A DNA stretch of 64,000 nucleotides from the NCBI GenBank assembly GCA_043228905.1, contig JBHGNT010000010.1, forward strand, positions 21,762,001-21,826,000. Reading direction: 5' to 3'. Source of the stretch: Azolla caroliniana. Taxonomy: Eukaryota; Plantae; Polypodiophyta. Shown here in pieces: positions 26,201-40,100 of this stretch. Below the pieces are notes generated by a model. That model had not been told where the DNA came from and did no database searches. It saw only the letters and a program-made list of their open reading frames with translations. Position 1 is the first letter of the stretch; the number at the start of each line of letters is the position of its first letter. Both the position numbers and the translations under genes were made by a program.

Positions 26201-28906
26201 AAAAAGCTTTCATTTGTCTTCACTTTGCATCTTAGTTGCTGATATATGTGCACCTCTTTACTCCCAAGTTTTTCCCAATACTGAGTATGAATATGCCTGT
26301 AATAGTTCTCAAAATTAAAATCTATGTTTGGCGGTTCTCCATTCATGTGGAGGGCTTCCAATGTGGATAAGTAAAATATGGGGTCATGTTTGTTTTTTCT
26401 AGATGTACATCTAAATATTTGTCAACATGCATCTTGCAAACCATTTCTGGATGTCTTGGACCCAGATGGATGAAAGAAATTCGCTTTTGTGTTTGTTCTA
26501 TGGTTAGCATCCAATTTCCCAAGCATACTTCTGGAAGTGATTCTAAGGCATTGTCCTTACCTTCATTATGAACTTCTAAACTCTTCATAGGGCATAAAAC
26601 TCACAGGTCTTCAAATGAAATGCATGGGTGGGAATGGTGCAAAGGTGGTTTGCATGAATGCAGCAGAGTCTGACATCATCTTGTAGAAATATGGGACTAT
26701 ATGGATCTGGGGTCTTGTGTCGTGGGCTCTGGTTTCAGGTGATACCAACATGATTTCCTTTGAGGCGCTGGGAGATCCTCTCTTGTGGGTCTGTAGCAAA
26801 ACCTTTGCAGAAGTTCAAAGAAGAACAATGTAGCCTGTTCTTCTGCATCTTTTGCTCATCAATGGGGAAACACAGAATGAATGTGATCTATGGCACATAA
26901 TTCTCTTCCAACGTGTATTTGGCCGGGGGCACTCAGCCCCTTTCCTGTTACATATGAGCTGAGCTCCATCTCAAGTATTGCTCCATACAGTGGGACATGG
27001 TATGATCAATCATCTGACAGTGCAATTGCACTGCCATGGTATGCCAGTGCAACATGCTGTGGTGCCATCCACGATGATGATCTTGCCCAAATGACCCATA
27101 AGACCTCCAGAACTAATGGGAAAAGTAGGAACCAAGCTAAAGTGGAAAATGAAGTATTCTATCTTGTAACTAGGCGTCAAATTTACAAATGTAAGAGGGA
27201 GATCTCCTAAAACTCTGGCAAACCCAAAACTATCGGTAAAATTTGTCTTATTTTCACGAGACCCAAAGGCATCGGTAAAATGTCTTTCTTATTTTCAGGT
27301 GCTTTTTAAATTAGGTATACTCATGATGGAACCCATGAATGGTTTTTTTAATTTGGGCATATGCCACACATACCAAAGCTAGATGGGATTCTGTCTCAGG
27401 CTGGTTAAGACTGTATAGGTCACATGCTCTCTTCTTCACCTGAATATCCTGTCAACGACCTGCTTCTATTTTTTGCATATGGGAAGCTGTATGCACCAGT
27501 CTGATGACACACCATGCCTTCTTGACATGCGTGGACTTGATAAATCGAGAAATTATGTGATGATGGCAGCAATATTTGGACTTTCGGAACTATCCACTAT
27601 GGCTGAGTAAAATTTGATTTTTATATTGTATCGTCTTGTCCTTGATGTGGACAGTCAATAACTTTTCGACATCCTACCATGCAAACCGTTTAGAGAGAGA
27701 GAGAGAGAGAGAGAGAGAATTAGAATTAGAATTAGAACTAGAACTAGAACATTCATAAAGAGGTCAGTTTTGACCTATGGGACCAGAGTATACACGTGTT
27801 CTTGATATGTGTCTCCTTTCTAAAAAGGGGTATTCATACATTGAAGCACAAAATCTCTATGCGTGAATAAATCATATGCGTGAATAAATCATACGTGAAT
27901 TGGCTCAACCTTCTCGGTGGAGTCTTAAGTATGGCACTTAAGTTATCACTCCCTCTTAGTATGTCAACATATCTTGAATGAATCGCACTATATGCCGAGT
28001 ATGTGAAGAGCAAATGACATTCATCCTCTACTATGCCGTCATTGCATACTTTACATGCCTTCAAATTCATTACATTTTGATACCGTGATGCAACTTCAAT
28101 ACTTGTGAGATCTAGTGCGAAGTAGTGAAAGGGCTCTACGAGCATTACTACTTGTATTGGTAATGAGATAAGGTTGGATACGATCAATAGGCATTCTTGC
28201 TTTATATTGAGACCAACATTTAGGGTTGACATTTGAAATGTAGTATTCTCGCTTCATCCTTAATGAGTCCTCTTTATCCTTAATGAGTCCACCAACCTTT
28301 CCTCAATCATTACATAATGCATAGCATCGCCCGAAAGTTCTAAAAGATCATCCGCACCCCATCTTCTAAACCATTTTTTCATGTCACAACCCAACCGGAT
28401 GAGTGTTCTCTCATGATTCTTTTGTAGCTTACATTCAACATTCCAAACAAGATGTGGTAATCGATGATTCGGCATATTCTTGACTTTTGTAATGTATGTA
28501 TATACTCTTTGGAGTGCCAATATTTCTACGGGCTGAACACCTATTTCCAAGAGCATAACCTAGTAAGAGGTAGTGCATTTAACTTCTAATTGTCTCCTTA
28601 AAAACATCTTTTGAACTTTCTCAATCTCATTCTATTCATTAAGAGAGATGGTGCCACCCTATACTTCTACTCCATAAAGCAATATTTGAGTTACCATGGC
28701 ATTGAACAACATTAGTTTTACTTCCCATGAACAAGTATTACTTCGGTTGCATTGGTTCTCCAAAAGGTAATACGATTTCCAATTGGCTTTGGTTCTAGTT
28801 TTGCACAAATAAATGGAGTGCATCTTTGGTTCTAGTTTTGCACTGCCATCATTTTTGTTTTCTCCACATTCACTCCTACAAATGTTACGTACTATCAACA
28901 TCATAT

Positions 28907-28973
<67 letters not shown>

Positions 28974-29546
28974 CCCTTTCTTATTAAGGTCTAATACTAC
29001 AGGGAAAATTTGGTCAAGATTTTATTAGGGAGTAATATAACTGAAGTAGCCAAGTATCAAGAACATGAACTACAGAGACTTGCAAAACTTCTATATTCTT
29101 ACTTACATCCAAGGATTAAGAACTCTGGCAAGGAAGGCATATCAGAAATTAGACATACCAGCTCTTCAGGTAAAACAATTGAGAGGCAGGACAACACTTC
29201 AAAGACAAAGACTAGCAAAATAAATTCTGTTGAATCCATAAAGACTACTGCGAAAATTGATATGGCAATTTCAGCACTTGATGCATCTATAAAGTCACTA
29301 GTTGAATCAATTGTTTTGAAAGATTTGAGGGAGATGCTAGTATGCCGTCTGAAAGATTGCAAAAATGGAGTTCAACTTGGTTGTGTGAAGCCAGAATTCA
29401 AAAAGAAATATGGATATGATCTTAACAACAAAGTCTTAGGCCATAGCTCTCTTTCTTCACTTATCAACACATTAGATGGAGTTGTTATGTCCAAAGATAA
29501 TAATCCTATAATCAGGAAGTCACGGTCTGAGCCTAAAAAGCAATGA
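20210..29546 (+). CDS. NYN-domain + LOTUS/OST-HTH protein (MNU1/MNU2-, MARF1/limkain-b1-like), probably organelle-targeted. Exons 20210-20654, 21525-23493, 29003-29546 (985 aa)
   Basis: NYN: IVVFWDLTTCTVP...GFSGPLSIHAYGN...TGVDLHHIPG|GMKNS...WVKENLPPALVLLISGDKNFSAVMHKLQMRGYDVL. LOTUS-like segments NGYTLAAFRRQL...FYGHKDLLSFLLSIP and GVQLGCVKPEFKKKYGYDLNNKVLGHSSLSSLI. An OHA-like segment spans the exon 2/3 junction. Introns are phase 1 and phase 2; total 2958 nt = 986 codons. The R/S/H-rich N-terminus resembles a transit peptide. Confidence 0.88.
20740..21460. repeat. Degenerate minisatellite-like repeats in intron 1 of the NYN gene
   Basis: Recurring ctgaaatgacagatgaga / ccaaaatgac / ttaacatatt motifs at roughly 50-130 bp spacing. 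Confidence 0.6.
22538..23350 (+). repeat. Coding tandem repeat, 279 nt (93 aa) x3, in the NYN/LOTUS protein
   Basis: SK(I/M)(V/I)(E/D)IKG...PEKSL...EN(I/F)(K/R)DEE.FND...SK(V/L)LTHSD...DQ units start at 22538, 22817 and 23096. Confidence 0.93.
25200..26800 (-). mobile_element. Highly degraded LINE (RTE-X-like) fragments inside NYN intron 2 (~25200-25450 and ~26200-26800)
   Basis: Remnant IFHLCTAQTLLYRTDVWA resembles the LFNAMVTQILLYGVEV motif of the 27719-28790 element; the two fragments share agggcataaaactc. Confidence 0.5.
27691..28971 (-). mobile_element. 5'-truncated RTE-X/L2-like LINE 3' half (~28790 to 27719) with a (TTCTAG/TTCTAA)n tail, bracketed by (AG)14 at 27691-27718 and (AG)~31 at 28909-28971; inside NYN intron 2
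   Basis: Minus-strand translation WEVKLMLFNAMVTQILLYGVEV...EIEKVQKMFLRRQL...MLLEIG...KNMPNHRLP and a C-terminal CKVC...EDECHLLF..SAYSAI Cys/His motif; short-tandem-repeat tail at 27715-27750. Clade assignment is inferred. Confidence 0.78.
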
Positions 29547-30479
29547 CTGGGCTGGAATATGATCACTTCAATTCACCAGGTATATATTTGCATTCTATGT
29601 CTATAGACACTTCATTTACGTCTAATTTATACAAATTTTAAAAATATGTTTGGTCTTTGGGAGGTGAATATTTGAGTCATTCATAGCTGGAGTAAGAATG
29701 CTTCAAAAATATTAATAGAATCTAGAAGACAAAAAAGGAATGTTGAATATCAAAGCTACCAATGATATTTTATTTTAATAAGCCGTGTGGATAAAATAGT
29801 TGAAGAGCCGCCATATACATACATATTTATCCTCAATAAAATACAACTTTGCAAGACAGCAAAGGAACAATTCCAATAATCTTGGAGTATGAGGATATAT
29901 ATTCTCAGGTACTTAAAAAGAAGTACGATATATATCTGTAAATCTACACTACAGTACTTGTAGAGGTAGAGGATTTTGTATTTGCACTCCTTACCTCTTT
30001 GGTTCTGAATTAAGCAATATAATGTTTCTTATTTAAACTTAACCCTAGTTATTAGTTCTCTGGTTTAGGAACAAAGTATTGAACACGGTAAAAATGGGGT
30101 GAAGATAACCATGAAGTAAAGGATATCCAAAGTAAAGTGAGATTTGATCTCTATGGTACTTCGCAACCATACAAATACCTTACATAAGCAAACTAAATGA
30201 GTTAAACTAAAGAGCAATGGTTCCATATAGCGTCATGATGTTTTCATGGGAAGTGAAGCCTCAATGTAATCATTTTTGTCATTTATTTACCATATACATT
30301 ACCAGTCTTATGAACCCCAATTTGGTATTGAATCGTCCTCCCTTTCTTTGTTCAAAAGCAGCTATTTAGGCCTTATACATATCTTCGATTGTGCTAGCAT
30401 TTAGACAGTGTAACATAATTGCACAAGAAACAAACCATTGAGGTTGCCTAACTATTTATTGATTGCATGCAAGTGGTGA

Positions 30480-31400
30480 TTCATCGATGATGGTGTTGAG
30501 TGGCAAGCTCAACTGGAGCCAAATCAGCTATGCCCCCCCTCCTCTAAACTGCCATAAGAGGATTTATTGTTGCTTTGTAGATTTTTGGAAAGCCTTTGAT
30601 GCACTTGTAGATATGCGTGTAAAAAATATGCCTTTATGAATCCATGTTATTAAAAGTGTAATTTTCGGAAGGGTTCTTGGAGGTTGTGGTTGGTACAATT
30701 GGGGTAAATCATGGACGCCCATTAGCACTCACTCTCTTTGGTTTCTATGTTGAGGCAATGGTCTAGGAGCATGCTTAGTGGGTATAGCCAAGTTGATATT
30801 ACAATGTGTTCATGACATTGTGCTAATCTTTGACTATCTAGAGGGATTACAAAGACATTTGCATGCTTTAACATCATTTTATATTGATCAATGTTTGTCA
30901 GAGCCTTGATAAACTTGAAAGTGATGGTAACTAGAGTCAATGTACACCACTCAAGCATGAGTGACAAGATTGGAACTACAATTCTACTTTGAAGAAAAAA
31001 AGGTGACATGGGTTCTCCGTATGGAGTTGCATGTGTTCATTGTTCTCATCGATATGTAGCCCTTGATGCTCTTCAAAGGCAATGTGCACGCATATAGTTC
31101 CAAGAGCCATAAAATGAACACTGTCTATTTGACACCAACTCTTCTCTATGAAGTATAAAATTAAAAATCTTGTCTTCCCAAGGCAAATAAATGGATATAT
31201 TTGGAGAAACTTTAATTGCATGATCAAGAGCAAAATATCATTTCCCCATGCTATAATTCAAATAGAGATGGGACAAACCCCAATGATCGCCAATGCATTG
31301 TTTCAACTAGTGATCAATATCCAATGATTTTGGAAGCTCTTTGAACAAAGGTACACAATGTTGGTGTTCATGTCATCAAAACAGCCCTCTCCAAAGTGGG
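30480..31400 (+). mobile_element. Degraded RT fragment of an RTE-X-like LINE
   Basis: tgctttgtagatttttggaaagcctttgat (CFVDF.KAFD) at ~30571 and ggggtaaatcatggacgcccattagc (GV.xG.PL) at ~30701; frames broken. Confidence 0.62.
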
Positions 31401-31559
31401 ATAGGGCAATTGCAAACTTCATCACATTTGTTAGAGATTGAGATAGTAGGTATATATGCATGCTAATTGTGTCATCAAGAAAGGAGTAAGAAGAATGCTA
31501 TGTTTGACATTCTATTGTTTTTTATGACAAAACACTACTTACAACGGGTGTCATAATGG

Positions 31560-32530
31560 AGTATGGTCACCCACTAACTACACTACATGGGTAGTGGAAC
31601 ATGTTGAAATTGCCAATAGGCAAGACGAACACTCCACTGAGGAAAGAATTTCCACTTGCTCTAATAAAGAAAATTGCCACATTAGTACTCCCTTCAACTT
31701 TCAAAAATATGCTCACTCCATGCCTACCAAATAAAAAAGCATTGTGCATATCCCAATTATAACGCAATGCCTAATATTTGAGAAATAGGAAAACGATCTC
31801 CATCTCTGATTTTGGGTCAACCTTTGTAAATTGTGCAAACACCCACTGTCTAGGCGTCAAATAACATCGTGATGAAACTTCCCAAATTTGACAAGCAATG
31901 GGACATTGTATAAAACGATGTGTATTATCTTTCTCTAAACAACACAAAAGAAGCAATTACGTGTTTCTAGTCCACGATGCTTTAGAGCTAATCCTATAGG
32001 TGATCCTCCAATCAAAACTCTCCAAATGAAGACCTTTGCTACAAGGGACAATTTAGAATGCCAACTACGTTTTAAGATCTGCCACCACCCGTGATCAGAT
32101 TTGTGTATTTTCCATTCTTCTTTAGCCTTAGATGATAGCCATCCAAGAGACTCAACTGAGCAATGATACAAAAGATTAGTAGTCACTTGTAACAACGACG
32201 TCTGACCCTGTAAACACCAATCAATCCACGGTTGTTCTCATGTTTGTAGACGTAAAGGACCTTGCATCAATGCAATATTTTGTAGTTGTTGCCAGATAAA
32301 CCCATAATTAGGCGGGATGCGTGATAATTATCACACTTCAACAAACACCAAAATTCTTTGAGATGGAGCCTCAACTATATCTCCCACCTCTTTGACCCCC
32401 AAATGAAACAAACGATTAAATTGAGAGTACAATCTCTCCTTTCTGGCCAACATAATAACCGAGAAGACACAAGTAACTCTTTTGCAAAGAATTACTATGC
32501 TCTCTACTAGGTGATGGTTTCCATACACAT
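31560..32530 (-). mobile_element. 3' fragment of an L1/Tx1-like LINE related to the 11.9-17.0 kb element
   Basis: WWQILKRSWHSKLSLVAKVFIWRVLIGGSPIGLALKHRGLETRNCFFC, THRFIQCPIA and SQFNRLFHLG match the 15864-16700 region; (CT)n at 32598-32625 lies nearby. Confidence 0.85.
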
Positions 32531-32594
32531 AACAAGAGGGCTTCTTACCATGAGATAACCAAATGTTGAACATATGAAGAGGGTGAAATACATC

Positions 32595-32625
<31 letters not shown>

Positions 32626-32719
32626 CAAATGTGAAGGCTCACGCTTCACACATTATACTACACATGTTGCACCTAACCACAAAACCATATTCTTTGTGGA
32701 ACGGGGAAACTGTACACAA

Positions 32720-33310
32720 CATGTTAGAGCCCATCCGCCACTTGAACCATTGCTTCCATGTGACTTACCTCACATGCATTGCGATGTAAGACGGGTTGTT
32801 GGGGCACAAGTGATGAGAGTTTTCAACGATGCACACTTTGCCCTAACGAAGTTCGAGAGTCTAAGTACCACACTTTGATACAATGTTTTTCCTTTGATCA
32901 TATTCGATGATGCTTTCCACACATCTTCAACCAAGCCTAATCCTTGCAAGAATTTCTCTCACTACCACACTGTGGACTCTCAATAGTAACATTCATTGGT
33001 AAGGTTTTTGAACATCGAGTCGCTAGCACCAATACATTTTAGAACCTATTCCATTGTCTTCCATCCCAACCATTGCTTCCATACAACTTAGCTCATCACA
33101 CTCAATACAATAAAGTGATGAGAGATTTTTTCCCTAAACAAGTTGGGTGTTAGAGTAGCACACTTTGATGCAATGCTCTACGTTTGATCACATTTGACTG
33201 CTTTTTGCACATCCTTGACTACATGCAAATCTTGCGCAAATTTCTATCACTATCATAGCGTGCACTCTCAATTGCAACATTCATTAGAAATGTTTTTCAA
33301 CATTTAGAAT
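32720..33310. repeat. Diverged ~320-bp tandem duplication
   Basis: aaccattgcttccat...gtgatgagag...cacactttgat.caatg...tttgatca...aatttct.tcacta.ca recurs at ~32745 and ~33068. Confidence 0.7.
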
Positions 33311-36300
33311 CCCTACCCACTTTAATGTGTGTTACATGAAAATGTTATATTTTCAATCTCCTATGTCATATTTGAACTCCAAAACTATAATAAAATCTAT
33401 TCATCCATCAATCCGTTTTATCTATCTCAACTACACAAATCTTAGGCCATTTTAGTGCCCAACCACCCATATGGAACACTTTCTCGGATGACAATAATAA
33501 CATACATTCTCTCGTAGAAGAGATCTTTCATATGATATTCCATAGTACCATCATGTACATAATGAGACCTAAGAAAAGTGACTCAATTCTACCTCTTGAG
33601 AGGAATGAATTGAGTGGTTGTGTAGACACGATAGCTTAAACACATGACTGATGCTTCAAGTATTGGTGCCTATCTTATGGTAGTGGTGTCTATCTATCTA
33701 ACTGGAGTCTGGTAAGAACATTAGCTTTTCTATGTTTTTAAGGACTAGTCCTAAACAACTAGAGGCCAATCTGTAAAGTGACTGAATTGAAAGAAATGCA
33801 AATAAAAATGGTTGAAGTGATCATGGTCGCATCTAAAAATGATTGGAATCCATGTTGTGAACACCTTAGAATCCATTAGAAGTAAGGGAATGGGGAATTA
33901 GGAGAATGCCATGTGTTGGGACATTTTGTTGAGTGACATTTGAGTGTGCCCAACCCTACTTTCCCAAGCGACAAATAGGTATCCCAAAATAATGAGAATG
34001 ACTTCAAGGACATACAAATAATGTTCCTAAAAAGAACCAACAATTGTGCCTATAATGACATACAAACAATGCCCCATTTGGGGTTAACCAATTATTCCCT
34101 GTGTCTTGATAGTCTGAGAAAAAAACGAGACATCAAATTTGAGGCCATTACTAAAGTTTATAGTTATATACTTAAGGTGAAGGAAATGAACATGCATAAC
34201 CTACTCCTATGTGCATTAAACTTCTAGCATACACCACATAAAATCAAGATATTATGTGCTAAAAGCACGATGTGAAAGCATGGCTCATATGAGAAACTTA
34301 AGACATTGCTACAAATTATAGCATTTGCTCCCACAATTACCATATTAAATTTCTAAACATTTGTTTTGGAACATTAATTTTTTGGGTTTGATTCTCAACT
34401 CAACTCATGGATTTGATGTTGTGTTCATACAAAACATCTTTTAAATCTGGTTTTTGATAACGTATAATGTTTATGCTATTAAAATAAGAAACTTTACAAC
34501 ATTTTCCACCATATGAAACTTGAAGGGCAATGTTAACAAATAAAAGATTCATGAAATGGTTGGGTGCAAGTTGGAACTTGGCATACACAAATGGGTCATG
34601 GACATTCTAAAGGAGAATATCAACAACTTGCACCTGCATTAACCATATGTGGTGGGAAGATTATAGAGTATTATTGATTACACGCGACACCATCTTATCA
34701 ATAATTTCCATGTAGAGGAACACAATAATAGATATGTTGTAAGGGCCCTTGAATTCTTTCTAGGGTTTTTCTCTCATCAATGATTTCATTGAGTTTACCT
34801 ATAGATAGTCAAGACCATAATAAGATAAGAGTTGGAAGGTGCTGATACAGGCCCTTTGATTTCTTTCTAGGGCTTTCCTCTCATCACTTTGCTCGTTGGG
34901 ATGGTGTTTAGTCTTTTTCACCTAATAGAATAGAAATTCTCCCACTACTCAAGTAGTTTAACGTTTGGATGGGGTGATCTAAGAGCTTTTTCATAGAGTC
35001 CTACTACATATACATGATTCCAAATCAAAAACTTTCTTGTCTTTGTCATCTTTCAAAGCTTTCATGAAAGTGGAAAGTTGTGAGGCCTAGCCAATGAAAT
35101 AATAAACCATGAAATCAAGGATGTTTATACTAATGTGAATGCACATTTTCCATCCACTTTAACTCAATGCAACAATGTCCAACAACTCTTTGAAAGCACC
35201 AAGAACCATGCTTCTCTCTCTTTTCACACAAAACTAATGATTTGTGAACAAACGATTCATTTGATACCTCAAGGAGAACAAAATTTATGTGTTACTCACC
35301 ATCTATTGTGATTATTGATCTCTAGAGGATGACAATCAAGAACATCATCCCTATATCTAGAATTGCTTCTTTTATGAGCATTTGTTGGATAATTGTGTTG
35401 TGCGTCATCTATGCAATGAATACAATGAATAAACCACACCCTAGTCTAGAGGCTAAATATCGGGATGATATAGTGAATAAATGACTAGTTTGATATTTAA
35501 ATAGGAAAAGTTTTTAGAAACTAGAATATTTCAAATACATTGATAATTTCGAACACATCCTCAAAATTTTGTCCATATCCGAAAGAAAAGGTGTTTTTAC
35601 ACATGATTCTAGAGCAACACACGATTCCTTCAATACTTATATTCCAAAAATGTATCCAAAATGGGTGCATATAAGACATCTTTCACCTCTTTGAACACAA
35701 AAAGCTTGATGGTATGGTCACATCATTGCTCGAACTTACAATATTTGAAAAGTATGTCATGGTATGATTACTTTTTTGTGTGTGGTATGACATCTTACAA
35801 CTACTTTTTAAAAAGTTCATGATTCTTCGCTTTAAGAGGACCCCCAAAACTTTATGTCACCTTTCTAAAATTGCATTGAACTTTGTTTGATTCACATCAC
35901 CTTATGAATACATGGATGTGAAATTGCTTCTTGAGCAAAAGATAACTTTTTGGCAATTATTTGTCTCCTTTCTTGTTCATTAAGATTTGATATTCACAAG
36001 AGTTATGTAGAAAGTTGTGGTTTGAAAGTTGGGATAAAGCCCCACAAAAAAGTAGGCATTATGAGGAAAGTTAGAGATGCCAAAACACTTTTCCTTCTTC
36101 CAACACCAACAATATGAGAAAGTAAATCCTTGTAGGGATTGCCAACCAAAGAAAGAAAAAGCTTGGTACATTACTCTTATGATCATTACGGTTATTGGTT
36201 CCAAGTAAACTACCTTGTCATTTCATTTTTCAACCTTTATGGCACATGGGCTTTTACTTTATAAAAAGTCCCATCTTACCTTGTAAATTTGCTACTTTGA

Positions 36301-36764
36301 GACTGGCAGAAAGCTAGGGGATATCATGGGAAACATTTTTATGCTATGGTAAAGGACATAAGGGCTAGGGCAGTGTGAAATTTATGATATAAATATAAAC
36401 TACCTCACACATAAGCTTGGATGGCTATAGGAAAGTTATGAATGACTCTACTAAAGAATTGGAAAAGAAGAAAGAGAACGAAGAGCACAATGTAAAGTAT
36501 TTGCCTTTATACATCATATAAGAGGCTTTAGACGTCTCCATCAAGTTGTTCCAACAAAATTTCGCTTGTCTATTGATGAGCTTATATAATTTAAATTTAA
36601 ATGTACAAACATGATGTTGTGGTAAAGTGTATGTTTTGCAACCTAACATTTGCAGATATGAATGTTGATGAATGGGTTAATGCTTCAATGTCGTGTTCTT
36701 AAAGTAAAAAGCTATTTCAGGGCATATGCGCTAGAATTGTCCCGAAAACCAAGTATATGACTTG

Positions 36765-37120
36765 ATTTTCCACAACCCAAGGGCTGAAAATGATAATATT
36801 GGTATTAATTGGTCATACTAATAAGAAAGACAAAAAAATGTTAATTGCACACATGAAAATATTAGCTTTACAAAGAAAAAGATGCTAATTGTACACATGA
36901 AAATATTGGCTTTATAAATTGACCTTCCACACCCTAGTGGTTGAAAATGATAGCATTGCTTTCTAGTGAACATGCTAATAAGAAAGAGAAAGTCATGCTA
37001 ATTGCACACATACAAATATCGTCTTTACAAAACGACTTTTCACAACCCAAACGTTGAATATGATGAATTTGCTTTTATTTGGATACTCTAATAATATAGA
37101 GAAAGGTATGCTAATTGCCA
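36765..37120. repeat. Degenerate tandem repeat, about 3 copies of 110-155 bp
   Basis: c(a)accc...gaaaatgat...ctaataagaaaga...gctaattgcacac recurs at ~36770, ~36925 and ~37040. Confidence 0.7.
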
Positions 37121-40100
37121 TGACGAATAATCGAATCTTGATCGATCATCCTTAACAAGATTTGTGGCATGACATCAAGACATCTAAAAGAAGCATTTTC
37201 TATCTAGAAAAAACTCTTCTCTTTGTGTTGATATCACGTGGATAATATATATGTTTTTATCCATGTAAAATTAAAGACATTGCAACTCTTTGGACTAGAA
37301 TTTTGTATTATGGATCAAGTTTCACAATTTCTTTTCCATGTGTGTTATCCATCACTTCTTGTGATATAATCTATACGATGACTTTGGGAGTCCCGTTTTA
37401 TGCGTTGCATCAAAGTGTAGAACATTTCCTTCGTGAATGCTCATAGAAACTTTTGGTTCAAATTGAGAACACATACTTCTTCAAGTTTGTTGTGATTTAG
37501 GGAGATGCATATTGTTATGTTTCATTAATGAATTTAGATGATTATATTATAACTTGAAATTAGGAATTGGCAAATTATAATGGTCAATGTTTAGTTCAAT
37601 TTTAAAGCAACTCAAAGAAAAGAAACAAAGATGATGATTGCGTCATTAAACAAACATCCAACTTTCCACTAACATGACCTTTATTATAAACTCAAGTAGG
37701 TTGATAGTTTGTACGAATAACCTTTTCGCAAACATCGTCTTTACTAATCTTCACCCTCCCCAAGCAAACACATTCTCACTCTTTATACACATTTATTTCA
37801 TCAAGCACATGTTGATGTGGGGTGTGTGTGTGTGTACATACATCGTAAAACCTTTCATGAGACAACATGATCAAGTTCTAAGATAATTTCAAAAGTGAAC
37901 AATAAGCAAATGATGTTACCTTGTGAATATCACGAAACAAAGGGTATGAGATGTAATCAATGACTTCAATCTATGTATCACAGTGTATTATGTATAGATA
38001 TACAAGAAATACATATAAGTACCACAGATATATTATGTAGTGTGTTGCCTTTTTGCTTCTTTCTCATTTGGTGGCCCTTGGAGTTGCCCAAAACCAAATA
38101 AGTGAGAAGTTGCATTCAAGCGGTCACTCTACATATTTCTATGGCCCTAATTGCTATCGAAATTGGTGAATATATGTTTCTTTCTTTTAATTATACATAG
38201 GAAGTTAGCAACCGAGAGGAAAATTGCTTTGTCCTAGGAGAAAAATCCTTAGTCCTCGGGGACAATCCCTTGGCTTGGATATTTATAAGTTCCAATTCAC
38301 GAGAGGAAGGTGCACAATATCTTAGGAGAACTATCGGCAGTCATATAATACGCATATTACGCGAGCATAACGTGATAGACAAGATACTATAGGATCGTGC
38401 ATCATCGATGACCTAGAAGGAGGACAATATGATGTGTTCTAAATTCATGAAGGGTTGAACAAGATATTGAAGCCAACAATTTCTTCCGCGTGGCGATTGG
38501 AATGTAGAATGATTGCTTGCTTCCTTTCTAAGCCAAGTTGATAGATCATAATAACCAAAAAATAAAATTGAATGAATGCTCAAAATGATGTACTAATATC
38601 GGACTACCCAGTGGGCACATACCTTTTTGGAGTCACATCAACTGCCACATCTCTTCTTCTACTGCGTCCTACTAGTTTTTATAATTGTTTGTGGGGTGCA
38701 TGTGTGGGGACAACAAAAAGAAACAAAAGGATTGTGAGCCAAGCTTTCAAAGCTCATTTGAAAAACTTACAAATGACTAAATATACATACATGCAAGAAG
38801 AGCCAATTAGAATTAAGGAGCTGGACCAATGTGCTTAGGATATCAATTTGTGATAGTCGCACATAGATATGAAAAATTATTCCCCTACACGAGAAATTGT
38901 GTACATACATATTTTTCGAGTGCTTTGTATCTTAAACGGGAAACTCATTTCGTCATTTAAATAACTAAATCTAGTAACCATGTCCTAAAGCTGGGAAAAA
39001 TCATGTTATTGGGTCATCATTCTCTTGTTCCAATAAACCAAGTGTAATGGCATTCAACCAACATTCAACTAAGCCCACCACCATATGTAATTGGTTTCAC
39101 AAGGTTTCTACATGCTTGCTTGAATAGCTTGTTTGCATATATTTAAGAGATTCTAGAATAATCCCCCTCCATCATACAAGGGCAAGTGCATGCCCACACA
39201 AGTGACAAAACCACAACTCTCAATTGTTGTTGACCTTAGTAAAAATTGTTTACTCATTTGTTCTATCAAAACTGAGTGTATATCTAACCTTTATTTATTT
39301 TTTCTTCCCTTCATCCCTTGCCTCTTATAAAATTTACTTAACTTTCAAATGTCAATTCAACACGAGTCATTTGTAATATCATTATGATGGAATGATTTGT
39401 TTTTCTTTAAGTAGCAACTTGCATGCAATGGATTGGAGGCCAAACTATTTTATAATCGAGCATAAAGACGAGTTAAGTGGTGTTTGGTTCTTGGTTCTAT
39501 ACTTTCTATGAGGATTTGTAATGTGATCATCGATGTATGTGGCATGTCCTATATAGACATCATGAGCCACAATCCACTCGCGACTATGAACTCAACTGCT
39601 ACACGAGAGCATAAATGTTACTCAATATTGGTTAATTTTTAAAGACTTATGATACATCTTTGAATGCCTTTCCCATCTACAAGTGGGACAAATGCCTCTT
39701 TATCTACTTTATCATTTATAAGTGGGCTGATGTACACACTTGTGCGAATCAAAATTTTATAGTGAAAGTTTTGGTACAAGTTGAAGAAGGATGGAAACAT
39801 TCTAGCACTGTTGTTGAATGAATTGTAGAAAGGGTAAACCAAATTCCAAGAAAAGTGGTGCTTTCTGAAGTTCACAACCTTTGTTGGCCAGAATCTCCCA
39901 ACTTCAAAAAAATTAAAAACTTTTAGTTTGCTTTTCATGTCAAAAGGAAGTTTCTTGCAATGAAGAACCAACCATTTCTTATTTTTACTAACTCTGGGTG
40001 AGATTAAAAAATCTCAAGAACCATGGGTTGAAATGTTTTATGGATAAGCACATTTACATTTGGATATTTAAAAAGTATGTTGTCATTATCATTGTGCACA

